This document shows, in pieces, positions 37,250 through 48,789 of a DNA stretch of 64,000 nucleotides. The notes beneath the pieces are model-generated. The model did not search any database. It saw only the letters and a program-made list of their open reading frames with translations, and had not been told where the DNA came from. Origin of the DNA: Lama glama. Its lineage: Eukaryota. The stretch's first letter is position 1; each line of letters begins with the position of its first letter. The DNA is taken from NCBI GenBank assembly GCA_028534125.1, contig CM052832.1, positions 5,768,001 through 5,832,000 of the forward strand, in the 5' to 3' direction. The position numbers and the translations under genes were made by a program.

Positions 37250-38060
37250 TCCACCCCATCCATCAGTAAGTCCTGTTTGCTCCACTTCCTAATTATATCC
37301 TGAATCCAGTCACCACACAGTACGTCCAGTGCTACCTTTGGTCCGAGCCACGATCATTTCTTGTATAGACTACCCCACTAGCTGTCTGTACCAATCAGGT
37401 TAGGCTGGCTGCTTCAGCAAACAATACTCACACTTCAGTGGCTTACCGCAATAAAAGTTGATTCCTAGCAGGGAGACTCTGCTCCACGCAGCCACTCAGG
37501 GACCAGGGTCCTTCTAAGTCCTGGAAGTGCAGCATCCAACTAGCAGGTGAGAGAAGAGAGAACACAGGGGGATTCACATGAGATGTTTTCAGGTTGAAGC
37601 CTTAAAGTGATTGACCACATTGCCACCCACATCCCACTGGCCAGAAGCCAGTCACATGGCCCCACCTACCCTGCAAGGGAGACTGGGGAATGTAGTCTTC
37701 CCACCTGGCCAGGAGGAAAATAAAACGTGTTTTGGTGAACACGCAGCCTTGTTTTTGTAACACCCATTTCCTGCTTTTATAACAATCATTTCAAATAGCT
37801 TAAAAATCAGAGCATAGCCCTGCCCTTTTTAAAGGCATTCAGTATCTGCCCACTGCAATTCCATCAAAATGCAAACTTCTCAGGCTGGTTACAAAATTCT
37901 GCGTGATCAGATACCTGGGTGTCTCTCTGACCTTGGATGCTTCTACATTCCCTTTTGTTTACTGTTTTCTGATGTCCCTCAGCAACTCGGAACTCACACT
38001 TTACTTGGAACTTTGGCACATGCTGCTACCTCTGCTGGAACACTCTTCTCCCATATATTT
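37250..38060 (+). mobile_element. L2 remnant interrupted by an MLT1 LTR
   Basis: ccatccatcagtaagtcctgtttgctccacttcc...ccgagccacgatcatttcttg, resuming after the LTR with ggaactttggcacatgctgctacctctgctggaacactcttctccc. Confidence 0.6.
37387..37762 (-). mobile_element. MLT1I-like ERVL-MaLR solo LTR
   Basis: TGtaccaatcagg...cagtggcttaccgcaataaaagtt...ctctgctccacgcagccactcagggacc...ccactggccagaagccagtcacatggcccc...gcaagggagactggggaatgtagtct...gtaaCA. Confidence 0.8.
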
Positions 38061-38069
38061 AGATATTTA

Positions 38070-38240
38070 CAGGCATTCCTTGTTTTATTGCATTTCGCAG
38101 AGATTATGTTTTTTACAAATTGAAGGTTTGGGGCAATCCTGCATTGTCAGGTGATGGTTAGCAGTTGTTCAGGAATAAAGTATTTTTTAAATTAAGGTAT
38201 GCACATTGTTGTTTTTTTTTTTTTTGACGTAATGTTACTG
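38070..38240 (+). mobile_element. Internally deleted Tigger1-derived MITE
   Basis: TA then caggcattccttgttttattgc...gttttttacaaattgaaggtttggggcaatcctgc (Tigger1 5' end), joined to gatggttagc...aataaagtattttttaaattaaggtatgcacattg (Tigger1 3' subterminal region). Confidence 0.8.
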
Positions 38241-39484
38241 ATCCAATTGCTGGGGCATTTGGTTGCCCTGGTTCTTGTGTCCTGCTCCTACGTCCCACAC
38301 AGGGTTATTTCCCTCGTCTGGTCTGGATTCCTTCTGGTATGGACTAATTGCAAAGAACTCTTGATTTCAGGTTGAATGCAAAGGCATTGTGTCTTTATTA
38401 CTTCAACATTGTCCACGGGTTTTCTATTCCTTTAGCTAGTTCTTTTATCCTTAGAAATGCCCCCCATCTATGCAAGTTGAAAATTTGGAAGAATGGCTTT
38501 CTGATGCAAAACATGAACTTTCTCAGCTCCAAGTGTCTGTGGATGCCCTCCACAGCTGCTCTTGCTGGAGGTTTAAGAGGACTTTTGAAATTTTGCATGG
38601 GAAAGGTAAATTCCAGGTTGCATCTAGGCTAGAAAAAAGTCTACTGTGAAGCGATCCTCTCCACTGAGTTTTTCCTGTCTCCTCTGGACAGATTATATCC
38701 ATGGTTCCACCCACACGCCCATCCCCAGTCACCACTAGTCATTACTGTTTCAGCAACTTAAGTTAAAATTTCTGCCTAGGTTTTAATGTTTCTACTTCAT
38801 ATCCATTTGTAAAGTTTGCAACTGTGTTACTATCGTGCTACTTGGATTTACTCTTTTTTCTTTCCCCTGTCAGTGCCTTCAGCACTATCAGGATAGAAAT
38901 AAATTTTCAGGCATGTCTATGTCCAAGAAAGTAAGATGAGGTCTCTGAAGATAAATCTTTCAAACTTCGAATAGCTCTACATTCCAAACATTTATACTGT
39001 GTATTCACTTGGCACTTGCAAGCCTTCAAACCTCTCTTCTCCAGCGTCTCAATTTATTTAGGCTTGAGGAAATGTATAAAAGGATATGTGTAGAAAAATC
39101 AAGTGTTTTCTTCAGTATTGGCTGATGATCTAAAAGTGCTGTGGCATCCTTAGAGAAGGAAGGCTAAACAAAATCTTTCGAGCCCAGCACACTGTAATTT
39201 ACAGAGGTCATCTGTTCTCACACATCTGCCTCCATGATACTATGCATCACCCATGTGTGTCAGAGTCTTGTCCATCTCCCTGATGCATTTTCCTCTGCCT
39301 GCCTTTTGTTATTTGGACTGTAGAGGCTGATTGGTGATGCATTCAATTCTAAACCAGGCTTAAAACTTGACCTTGAGCAATTTACTTAGATTCTTTGTGG
39401 AAATGGAATTTTGGAAGGAATGACTAATTCTTTTATTTGGGTTCTTTGAAAATGTAGTACTTGTTTCATTCAAAAATAGCAGTC

Positions 39485-39987
39485 TTTTTTTTTTTTAGAT
39501 TCCACATTTGAGTGATATCATATGGTATTTTTCTTTTTCTTTCTGGCTTACTTAGAATGACAATCGCCAGATCCATCCATGTTGCTGTAAATGGCATTAT
39601 TTTATTCTTTCTTACGGCCAAATACTATTCCATTGTATAAATACAGCACATCTTCTTTACTCAGTCATCTGTTGATGGACATTTAGGTTGCCTCCATATC
39701 TTGGCTATTATATATAGTGTTGCTATGAACATTGGGGTACATGTGTCTTTTCAAGTTGGAGTCTTCTCCGGATATATGCCCAGGAGTGGGATTGCTGTAG
39801 ATCATATGGTTAAGTCTATTTTTAGTTTTTTTGAGGAATCTCCATACTGTTTTCCATAATGGCTGCACCAAACTACATTCCCATCAACAGTGTAGGAGGG
39901 TTGCCTTTTCTCCACATCCTCTCCTGCATTTATCACTTGTGGACTTTTTAATGATGGCCATTCTGACTAGTTCTGTGAAAAATGTCC
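39485..39987 (-). mobile_element. L1 fragment (ORF2 C-terminus), lacking the distal 3'UTR
   Basis: The ORF track at 39683-39871 begins with the L1 ORF2p motif [14 protein letters not shown]. The copy starts at poly-T then agattccacatttgagtgatatc. Confidence 0.9.
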
Positions 39988-40624
39988 AATTACCAAGAAA
40001 GCTGCTTAGGACTTTCAGTGCCAGTGGATCAGTCTTCTCCATAACCAGTCATTGTCATCATCTCCTGGTGATCTCCATACGGAACTTTTTTCTATTCTGG
40101 CATGTACTTGAATTCTGATTCTGCCTCCATAATAGTAAATATTACAGTATGAACCTCACCCAGAAATCCACACACCTAGTAATGTAAAGAAACACTGACA
40201 GACCAAATATCTCATTTTCTTGAATAAATAAGAGCTTAAAAATTTAACTTCAGCTTTTACAATTCATATTGACAAGTATTTGGGGGAGCCTGAGGCAACC
40301 CTCTTCCTGGCTTTCCTTTTTTAAGCAGAAAGGTAGTAAAAAGTCTGTGACATTTAATTAGGTTTCTTTTCCATGAAATTACCTTGCAGACCTTTCAATA
40401 TGGACAGTTAATCACTACCTTAGGCAGACATATTTTATTGCCCCAAATCTGAAGTGAATTCTAATAAAGGTTCAAGAAATAGCTTTGGGGAATTTTGACA
40501 AACTTGATGAAAGAGGAGAGAAAAAGAACCTCATAATAAATAATGTGTCATTTTCATGCTCTCTTTAGACTGATCTGTGCAATATTCATTCCTTTTCCCC
40601 CCCTCTTTTATTGGTTTGTATAAC

Positions 40625-41083
40625 TGTATTGGGGTTTGCCAAAAAAACAAAACAAAACAAAACAAACAGAACCAATGTATTTACAGGGGAATGATAATGA
40701 ACTGTTTCATGTGATTATGGAGGCTGAGAAATCCCACCATGTGACAGCTGGAAACCTAGCAGGGATTGTGGTATAGTTTCAGTTCAAGTCCAAATGCCTG
40801 AAAACCAGGTGAGCTGATGGTGTAAGTTCCTGTCTGAATGAAGACTGATGTTCCAGCTTGAAAACAGTCAGGCAGAGTGAATATTCCCTTTTGTTCTATT
40901 CAGGCTCCCAGGGGATTGGTGAAGGCCCACGTACTTTGGGGAGGACAGTCCACTTTGCTCAGTCTACTGGTTCAAATGTCAGTCTCATCTAGAAACACCT
41001 CATACATGCACTCAGAATAATGTTGAACCAAGTATCTTGGCATCCCATGGCCCAGTCAAGGTCCCTTAAAATTAACCATCACA
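40625..41083 (-). mobile_element. MLT2B-like ERVL solo LTR
   Basis: TGtattggggtttgcc...gattatggaggctgagaaatccc...ttgttctattcaggc...cccatggcccagtcaag...aaaattaaccatcaCA. 5-bp TSD ataac (40620-40624) / atgac (41084-41088), one mismatch. Confidence 0.9.
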
Positions 41084-41398
41084 ATGACACTCAGAAAATA
41101 CTTAAATGGCCTCTGAAACAAACATGAAATGTACCAGTGAAGAAAGACAAAAGGATGTGTCATTCATAGAGATATTTTGTGTTCATAATACCAAACATTC
41201 GGATTTTGAAGGTATTTAGAAAATTAAGCTTAACTAAAATTAAATTTCTCCATTGTTATCCAGATTTTTACATGGCACAGCCAGAACACTAGATGAGAAC
41301 AAACATGAAAGAAAAACAAAATCAGTATCATGTTAACACTGTGAATAAGGAATATTCTGAAATAATCAGAGACCAGCACCCTAGACCCAGAGTATTTT

Positions 41399-42020
41399 TT
41401 TCTGTTTAGAACTTTTTTTTTAAATTGAAGTATTGTTGATTTACAATGTTGTGTTAGTTTCTGATGTACAGCATAGTGATTCAGTTATGTAAGTATATTC
41501 TTTTTCATTATAGCTTATTATAAGATATTGAATATAATTCCTTGTGCTATATAGTAGGACCTTGTTGTTTATCTATTTTATATATAGTAGTTTGTATCTG
41601 CTAATCCCAAACTCCTAATTTATCCTGCCCACTCCTTTCCCCTTGGTAAGTTTGTTTTCCATATCTGTGAGTCTGTTTCTGTTTTATAAATAAGTTCATT
41701 GTGTCATTTTTTTAAGATTCCACATATAAGTGATATCATATGATATTTCTTTCTCTTTCTGGCTTACTTCACTTAGTATGTTATCTCTAGGTCCATCCAT
41801 GTTGTTGCAAATGGCATTATTTTATTCTTTTTATGGCTGAGTAGTATTCCATTGTATAAATATACCACAACTTCTTTATCCAGTCATCTGTCAATGGACA
41901 TTCAGGTTGCTTCTTGTCTTGGCTATTGTATATAGTGCTGCTATGAACATTGGGGTGCATGTGTCTTTTCAAATTGGAGTCTTCTCTGGGTATATGCCCA
42001 GGAGTGGGATTGCTGTAGAT
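41399..42020 (-). mobile_element. 5'-truncated L1 with 12-bp TSD
   Basis: Complete 3'UTR plus ORF2 end (KQPECPLTDDWIKKLWYIYTMEYYSAIK). TSD ccagagtatttt at 41387-41398 and 42021-42032. Confidence 0.93.
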
Positions 42021-43039
42021 CCAGAGTATTTTAAAATCTGATCCAGAGGCAGCCTGCAACGGAACTGCCAAATATTTAAGATGCAAGTTTCTGAACTCCA
42101 ACACTATCTACAGAAAAATGTCTGGGGGAAGGAGCGTTAGAATCTTCGTTTTAACGCCTCTGCAGCACCAGCCTCCTCAAACACGCTGACGTTTGAATCT
42201 CTGCTCATAGACTTTTTCTTTGAAATAATCTAGAGTAAATAAAACCTGAAAACAGGAACTGGTGTTTTTGAATTTGACCCACTACTGATCGCGAAAGGGC
42301 TTTCCAAAGGGGCTGCTTCTATTTTCATCTTCACCAGTCTGGTCCAGAATGTACCACATTGTCTCCACAATGAGTCATGATGATATCTGACCAGGCACCA
42401 GTTTTACCAAACCTCTTTCTCTCAATTCTTCTCTTTCTCTGATTTTTCACTAGACCTAAGGGGAAGGGAGAAAGTTGTAACAAAAAAGAGCAGAATGTTG
42501 CTTAGTTTTTGGAAATGAGAATTGGGATTACAGGTCACCCAGTTTGAAAAGAAGCTAAAAAGTGTGAAATACTCGCCCTCATTAGAGGAATGAGTAAGGT
42601 TTCTCTTGGTGGAGAGAGTCATAAGAAACAGCGTCCCAGTGGGGAGCACCATAAAATGAAGTTCATAGAACGTCTACCACCAGGATCCTCCACGAATGAT
42701 AAAGTCTGCTTGTGCCCAGCAGAAGAAAGGGAACTCAGACAGGAGGGGGTTCATTGTTGCTTCCTGGAGAAGCCCCTGTTTTGCAAAACTGTGCTGGCTG
42801 TGTCCCAGGTTTAGTTCACTGCTGGGCAACACTATTTGCCCTTTTTTGGAAAATTTGCAGGACACAGGTATTCCAAATCATAGCAACTGATGACAATGTG
42901 AGAGTTTAAATATAACCAAAGGCGGTGACCGGAAATTCTTGGTAACTCAGGAAATGTGTGTAATTATTTCTAAATAGAATCATGTAATTGCACTTGAGAC
43001 ATTTTCCATTCAGATCACCTCCAACACAATCTCTATAAA

Positions 43040-43573
43040 TACCTAAATGGGGGTTTTCATGCAGGGGAATTAGGTACAAAGATGCCGGAAGACTTAGAAA
43101 GTCAAAAGCAAGAGCAAGAGCGTGGAAGATAGATAAGTAGGAAGGCGTGATACCCAGGGGTGGGGCTGCTCTTACTGCTGGGCTGTGGCCACGAGCTTAC
43201 AATGGCTATCGCACCATGGAGATGCTGCCACAGTTAGTTCTGGACCTGCCAGAATCGCCACTTTGGTCCGGGCTGAAACCACTGCCTGAAACCACTCTTA
43301 CAGCTGTCATTTCTGTCGCCCCTGTTATATGGTCACCTCTACTGCTGGCAAAAAGTGTACAGAAACCACAAGGAAGAAGAAAGCCCCCTCTCCCCTTCCT
43401 CCTGCCTGCTCCGCTTCCACCAGCACCCGTCTGTGGTAGAACATAACCCAAAGCCAGCTGGCAAGAGGGTCTGGTTAAAAATAAATATTTGCAGACTGCT
43501 AGCCCCTGCAACACACAGCAGAATGCAAAGGAATGAGGGCTGAGATCTGGGAAGCAAATAATCTAATTGGCAC
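43040..43573 (-). mobile_element. Ancient MaLR/ERVL-type LTR remnant (MLT1M/N-like)
   Basis: ggtagaacataacccaaagccagctggcaagagg...tttgcagactgctagcccctgcaacacacagcagaatgcaaagg...gctgagatctgggaagcaaataatctaattggcac. Confidence 0.45.
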
Positions 43574-43719
43574 TCAGTCTTTGCAATGTGGGGCAGAAGT
43601 TGGCTTGTAGAAGGTATAAAAACACATGGTGGACAGAGACAAAGTAAAACTTGAGAAAAGAAGTTATTTATTCCCCCTAAACATGATGACAATTCATGAG
43701 GGAGATTTGTGCAAGTCCA

Positions 43720-43759
43720 TTTTCTTAAACTGAAGTATAGTCAGTTTACAATGTTGTGT
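43720..43759 (-). mobile_element. Extremely truncated L1 3' end
   Basis: ttttcttaaactgaagtatagtcagtttacaatgttgtgt; the gtcagtttacaatg variant is one I associate with camelid L1s. Confidence 0.6.
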
Positions 43760-44509
43760 TCATTGCAAATATTTTTGCTTCTGGAATGAGTGGTCAATTT
43801 GGGCTTTGAGACACTGGAAAATACCTTACAGATTGTTAATTTAGTAACTCGTTTCTGAGTACATATGATGCTCTGGAACCACACCAGGCAAGGCCCGCAG
43901 CACTCACACTTCAGGGAGTGCACCTTTCAGGTGCCGGGCTTAAGATATGGTCCTATCCGTGCCTTCAGGATGCTATGAACTCTGTGGCCTGGGAAAAGAT
44001 CTACAGCACAAAGATTAAGAAGAAGAGGAAGCTGCTCTGACCCTCTGAACTAGAGGGAGAAAGTGAAGAGATGTTCTCTGACCTTTTAGCTACTTTGCCA
44101 GCCACACCGTCAGGGTCTTAACAGGTCCCTCCAGCCAAAGGAAGAGACCCTCAAAACAAAGGAAGCTGTTGTCTTCTGGTGCTAATTCAGAGAATTTAAT
44201 ACCAGATGAGGTCTTACAACCCACCTAGCGCAAAATTCTAGATGTGAAAATTGAAAGTCAGAAAAGCTAAGTGACTACTTCAGTTCCACTTAGCCAGAAA
44301 GAGGGGGAGCAGTTTTCCCCGAGTCGAGGGGGCTGCCGCACCAGACTTCCCACCGCGGTGGCCACGTCTCCCGTGTGCAGAGACGGCTCGTTCCTTGTAT
44401 CCCGAGGAACAGTTTGTACTTTTTGTTCTAATGTGATAGTGTGCAAGGCCTCCCAGTGTTGCAAATTAGCAGACACCGGATTCCAGCACGGGTAAGATTT
44501 AGAGTCCAA

Positions 44510-44650
44510 TTAAGCATCTACATCTCCATGGTTAACCTCCTGGCCCAGTCAGTTAATTGTAGTGCTTGCTTATTCATCTGTAAAAAGGGGGAATAATAAT
44601 ACTGACTCGCTTCAAAGAGTCCTAGAGATGAAATGATAAAGAATGAAAGT
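44510..44650 (+). mobile_element. MIR SINE fragment
   Basis: ttattcatctgtaaaaagggggaataataatactgactcgcttcaaagag...gagatgaaatgataaa. Confidence 0.65.
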
Positions 44651-46099
44651 GGAAAAGTCAATTGAGTTTGAACTTCAAGCTAATAAATCATCACTAGATG
44701 ATTGAGGACACCCAAAATAGTTGTCATTTAGCTTTTAGTAACCGTTTTCTTAGTTTTAAAATCCTGACCTCCAAATCAAATGCTTCATTTTAAAGCCAGA
44801 AAATATTAAAACCTTTAGAGTTTTGTTTAGTATTAGTAATATTTTGAGTATATGGTGGTTGTCTTTGCTGTAAATGTGTTAAGGAACCGTGCACTGAATT
44901 CGTAATGGTTTACAGCGGTGTCATGTGAGCAGGCGCTTTCAATCCCTCGTGAAGTAAGCATTTAACACTTATACAAACAGAGTGAGTCAATATTTCCCTG
45001 AGATGAGAGACCTGGGATGGCTTTGCAAAATCCGCGGTCTCAGGTACCCGATATATATTCTCTCTGGTATTTCATCTGCTTTCTCACAAGGTCACTGCCT
45101 CAAACTGCAGTGATGATTTCAGGATTAGAGTTCACTTCTAGACTCCTTTCGACCATCATGATTAAAGGAGCATTTGAACTGTCCCATTAGTGTGGACAGG
45201 TCATTCAAAACATAACTTACGGTTTTAATTTCAGTAAATATATGTTAGCACCCACTGTATACCAGGCTCCCCTGCTAGGTGGTTTGACATTCCAATTCAT
45301 GAAGCATTGCTGAGAGAGGAGAGGCTTTCAGAATAAGGGAACTGTTACCTCTTTTCTGTTTACATCACTATTATTATTTCATTATTCACATATTGTAATC
45401 TCCTCAAACAGATCGTTAGCTACCCACGGTTTTACATTCACTCTCAGGAAAGAAGTTATTAAAACGGTTATTTCATGAAAAGAAGTAAGGAGGAAAGATA
45501 TGGGTCCTACGTGGCTGAATTTATAGAACCGTGGCATAATTAGATGTAGGGGGCAAAAAAGGATTCGGTGGGCTAAATTTTCATTTCTGGTAGAAACCAT
45601 GGCTCTTCGTTAAGAGAGTATTGGCAGAAACCATGGTCAGACCTCAACAGCTTGGGTTATTGGAGAAGTAAAGTAATTCCAACCCAGATTGGATCAGCAA
45701 AGAATGTTATCAGGGAAACTAACCCAACTTTGGGCATTATGTCCAAAGAGCTCCCACTTCCCCCCGCAAAAATTTGGGATGCATCATATTTCTTTTCAAA
45801 GGATCCAGTGACAAGAGCCTCTTCACTGCTGAGAACTTGGGAAGCAGAATCAGTTACCTCTCCTGGAAATGTCAGTCAGTGTCCCAGAGGCAGGGTTTAG
45901 AATCAGGACTCCGGGCTCTAGACAGGAAAATAATACAAAATCCCAACTTGCAGATCATGCCAGGTGAGCAAGAGCTGAAGAGAGAAGGGGTGGCTGAGAG
46001 CTGGTTGGTGACCATCAGACTGGCCAAGGCTCATTCCAATCACAGTATCTGGACATTTGGGGTAGCAGGTTACGAGGCTCTGGATCCTAATCACTTTTT

Positions 46100-46978
46100 A
46101 GCAGAGTCTCTTTAGGTCTATCGTGCAGATCTCGGCCCAATTTTGTGGGATGTGGGTCCAATGACGGCTTAGTTTTCACAGCCTCTGCAGGGATAATCCA
46201 GTCTGCTTTGTCTGTGGACCACTCAGGGGCCAAAAGGAAATCTTGGGCTGTGCTCTACACCACACTTCTGTCTTAAACCTTCTGCAGTGTTCATTCTGAG
46301 CAGTTTCCTGTGTGAGTTACCAGGGATATGCCCACAGAAAGATTTATAGATCTCTTTTTCCAGCCCCTTCTCCAAAATCCTGCCCCTGCCCCCTCTAATT
46401 GGTAGGGAGGGGGGTGCAGCTCGGGGTGGACCTCACGGAATCCAGGTTTTCCCCGTGGTCCTTGTTGACACCACCCTGGCTGCCTGCTAACTTGCCACGT
46501 GCTCCTTCCAGGTGGAACCAGGTTCCCCGTCCATCGCTTCCGGTGCCACAGGGAAGTGAGGGGAGAGATTGTGGTTTGTTTCATGATGTTTGGCTGGAGT
46601 GGGGTGGATATTGTCAAAAATAGTGCCGTCCTGCTGGGCCACCCAGTCTTGGGCCCTTTGGCTAGAGAGAGCAGATTGTGAGGAATTTTTGTTTTTGTCT
46701 GTGTCTTTTGGTATTTTTACGTTCAGGGCTTCTCCAAAATCCTACACCGATCCCAGCACCAAGCCCGGGATGTATGGGAGGCAGAAAGAAATCATAGAGC
46801 TGTTTCACCCCATGTTGTTAACATCCCAAGGCCCCTGGTCAGTTTACATTCTGCATTCCCCCTTTCCATATCTTTTTATGTCTGTTAGTTGTATTATGTC
46901 CAGGGATTTTGTAATTATACTTAGCAGGAGATGGAGCAAGAAACGAGTCTTGTCCGTCTTGCCTAGAATCTGAAGTCT
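46100..46978 (-). mobile_element. L1M (L1MC/MD-type) 5' end remnant
   Basis: ggccctttggctagagagagcag...gggatgtatgggaggcagaaagaaa...atgtccagggattttgtaattatacttagcaggag...tccgtcttgcctagaatctgaagt resembles ancient L1M 5'UTR consensus in antisense. Confidence 0.6.
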
Positions 46979-47669
46979 CAGTTCAATAACAGCGTTGTTA
47001 TGATCATTAACAAAACACATTCTTCCCTGTGGCTCTGCTCCTGGGCACCTGAATTAATGTACGTAAGATCAAGACCATTTGGCTGGCAGAACCTTGGGAA
47101 ATTTTATTATTGACTCCACGAGCAGGTAGATAGTCTTCTACTGAGAAGCTTTCTCAGTTCCAAGCAATCATTTCCAAAATCCCTTCCCACCAATTGCACT
47201 TGGCCAATAGAAACCTGTAACTGCATCCAAGATTCGAAGGCATCTTTGTTTCAAAGGGTGTTCTAGGGTTAAAGAACAAAATACAAACATATTGGTGTAT
47301 GCCACTCAGAGAGGTCGTGCTTTGGAAAACAAAGGTGGGGGGAAACACATCAGAGTTAAAATTTTCTGACTCTTCCTCGTATTTACTTATGATTAATATC
47401 AGGTTTCTGCATGGGTGATAATATTATAACTTAATAAGTACTAATACAGTAAAACTCACCAAAATCTGTAGGTGGGGTTCCAAAATTGTCAAGGTCACAC
47501 TGTTATAAAATTCGCGAAATGAGGAGTGAGCCTTCTAAGGGAGACTGCCAATCTCCTTAACATACAAAATTTCCAAAATAAGGCACATTGCCGCAGAATC
47601 TCACCAGAGCTACTATATATCTAATGCTGATCTCCTCTCAAGATTTACATGAAAGGCTTTCTCCTGTGT

Positions 47670-47825
47670 GGAAGATTTCATTATCCTCCTATACATGAAG
47701 AAATGAAGATTCAGAGAAGTTAAGAAATCTTCCCAAAGTCACACAGCCTGAACATGGCAGCACAAAGCTAGAAAATGAGAGGATTTGGTATCCAAACACC
47801 TGGCTTTAATCCGCACTCTATCCTT
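47670..47825 (-). mobile_element. MIR SINE
   Basis: cattatcctcctatacatgaagaaatgaagattcagagaagttaagaaatcttcccaaagtcacacagc. Confidence 0.75.
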
Positions 47826-48789
47826 CCCCTCAAAGAACCGTGGTCCACGTCCCCAGGCTAATCCAGGCTCCAGCGCTCAGTGCCATTAAGGTTTGTGTTA
47901 CACTCTCTGCTGGAACTGGCTCGTGCTGGGTGAGCCTCGTCCCGCAAGTGGAAGTGATTCCAGCTTGGAGGGCGAGGGAAAGACTGGGGCTTGGCAGACT
48001 CTTGTCACTCGCAGCAGGACAACACCCTGGAATATTCCTCACCGTGTGGAACGTCTGCTGTGAACTGGCTTAACTGAAACGCCTCGCATTTCACTTTGTG
48101 GTTTTTTTTTTTAATTTAATTCATGTTTATTAAACACTAGTGTGTGCCAGGCACTCGTGGAGGGGCGGGACCCCACCACCCCCATATAGATCTGAACTGA
48201 ATCACTGAACTCTGGGCCACCAGACAGGGTAAATTTGCTAGGACCTGGGCTTCTGTAAACTCTTTCAACTTTGTTTGGCGTACTCGCTTCTGATTCCTGG
48301 CTCCCTTCCACACTGCGAGGACAGACACCACGAACAGCGGGTGACAGTCAGCGTAACTGCAAAGGCACGCAAGCCGCTATCACAGAGGTGGCACAGTTGT
48401 CCCAGCAGATTGTCTGATGATGGCACAAGGAAGGTCTGGTGGCAAGAAACAGGCTAAGTGGTAGCCACAGAGCCACGTAGAAAGGAGCCGAGACTGGCAA
48501 TCCAGGCACTGACGCTAATGTTTGGAAACAATGAACGAGATAAGAGTCCAGGGACATGATTCGGGACAGCGTCCCAACATCTCCCAAGCCTCCCTTACGT
48601 GTGAGGCACTGAGATACTGTGCTCAGCAATGGGAATTGGTGGTGGTGAAGATTCTCTCACCAGTGAAACCAGTAGAAAGTTTCCTCCCCCTGGCCTCCAG
48701 TAGTACTCTTTCAAGTGGATGTAAGAATCTGGAATTTTTCATAGTTGACTACATATAACAAGGATTTGTATACTTTTCTTATTCTTCAG

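Noticed and set aside
42454..42593. Strong acceptor plus GTAAGG donor (140 nt)
   Set aside because: Stops in all three frames; cannot be distinguished from a pseudo-exon without RNA data.
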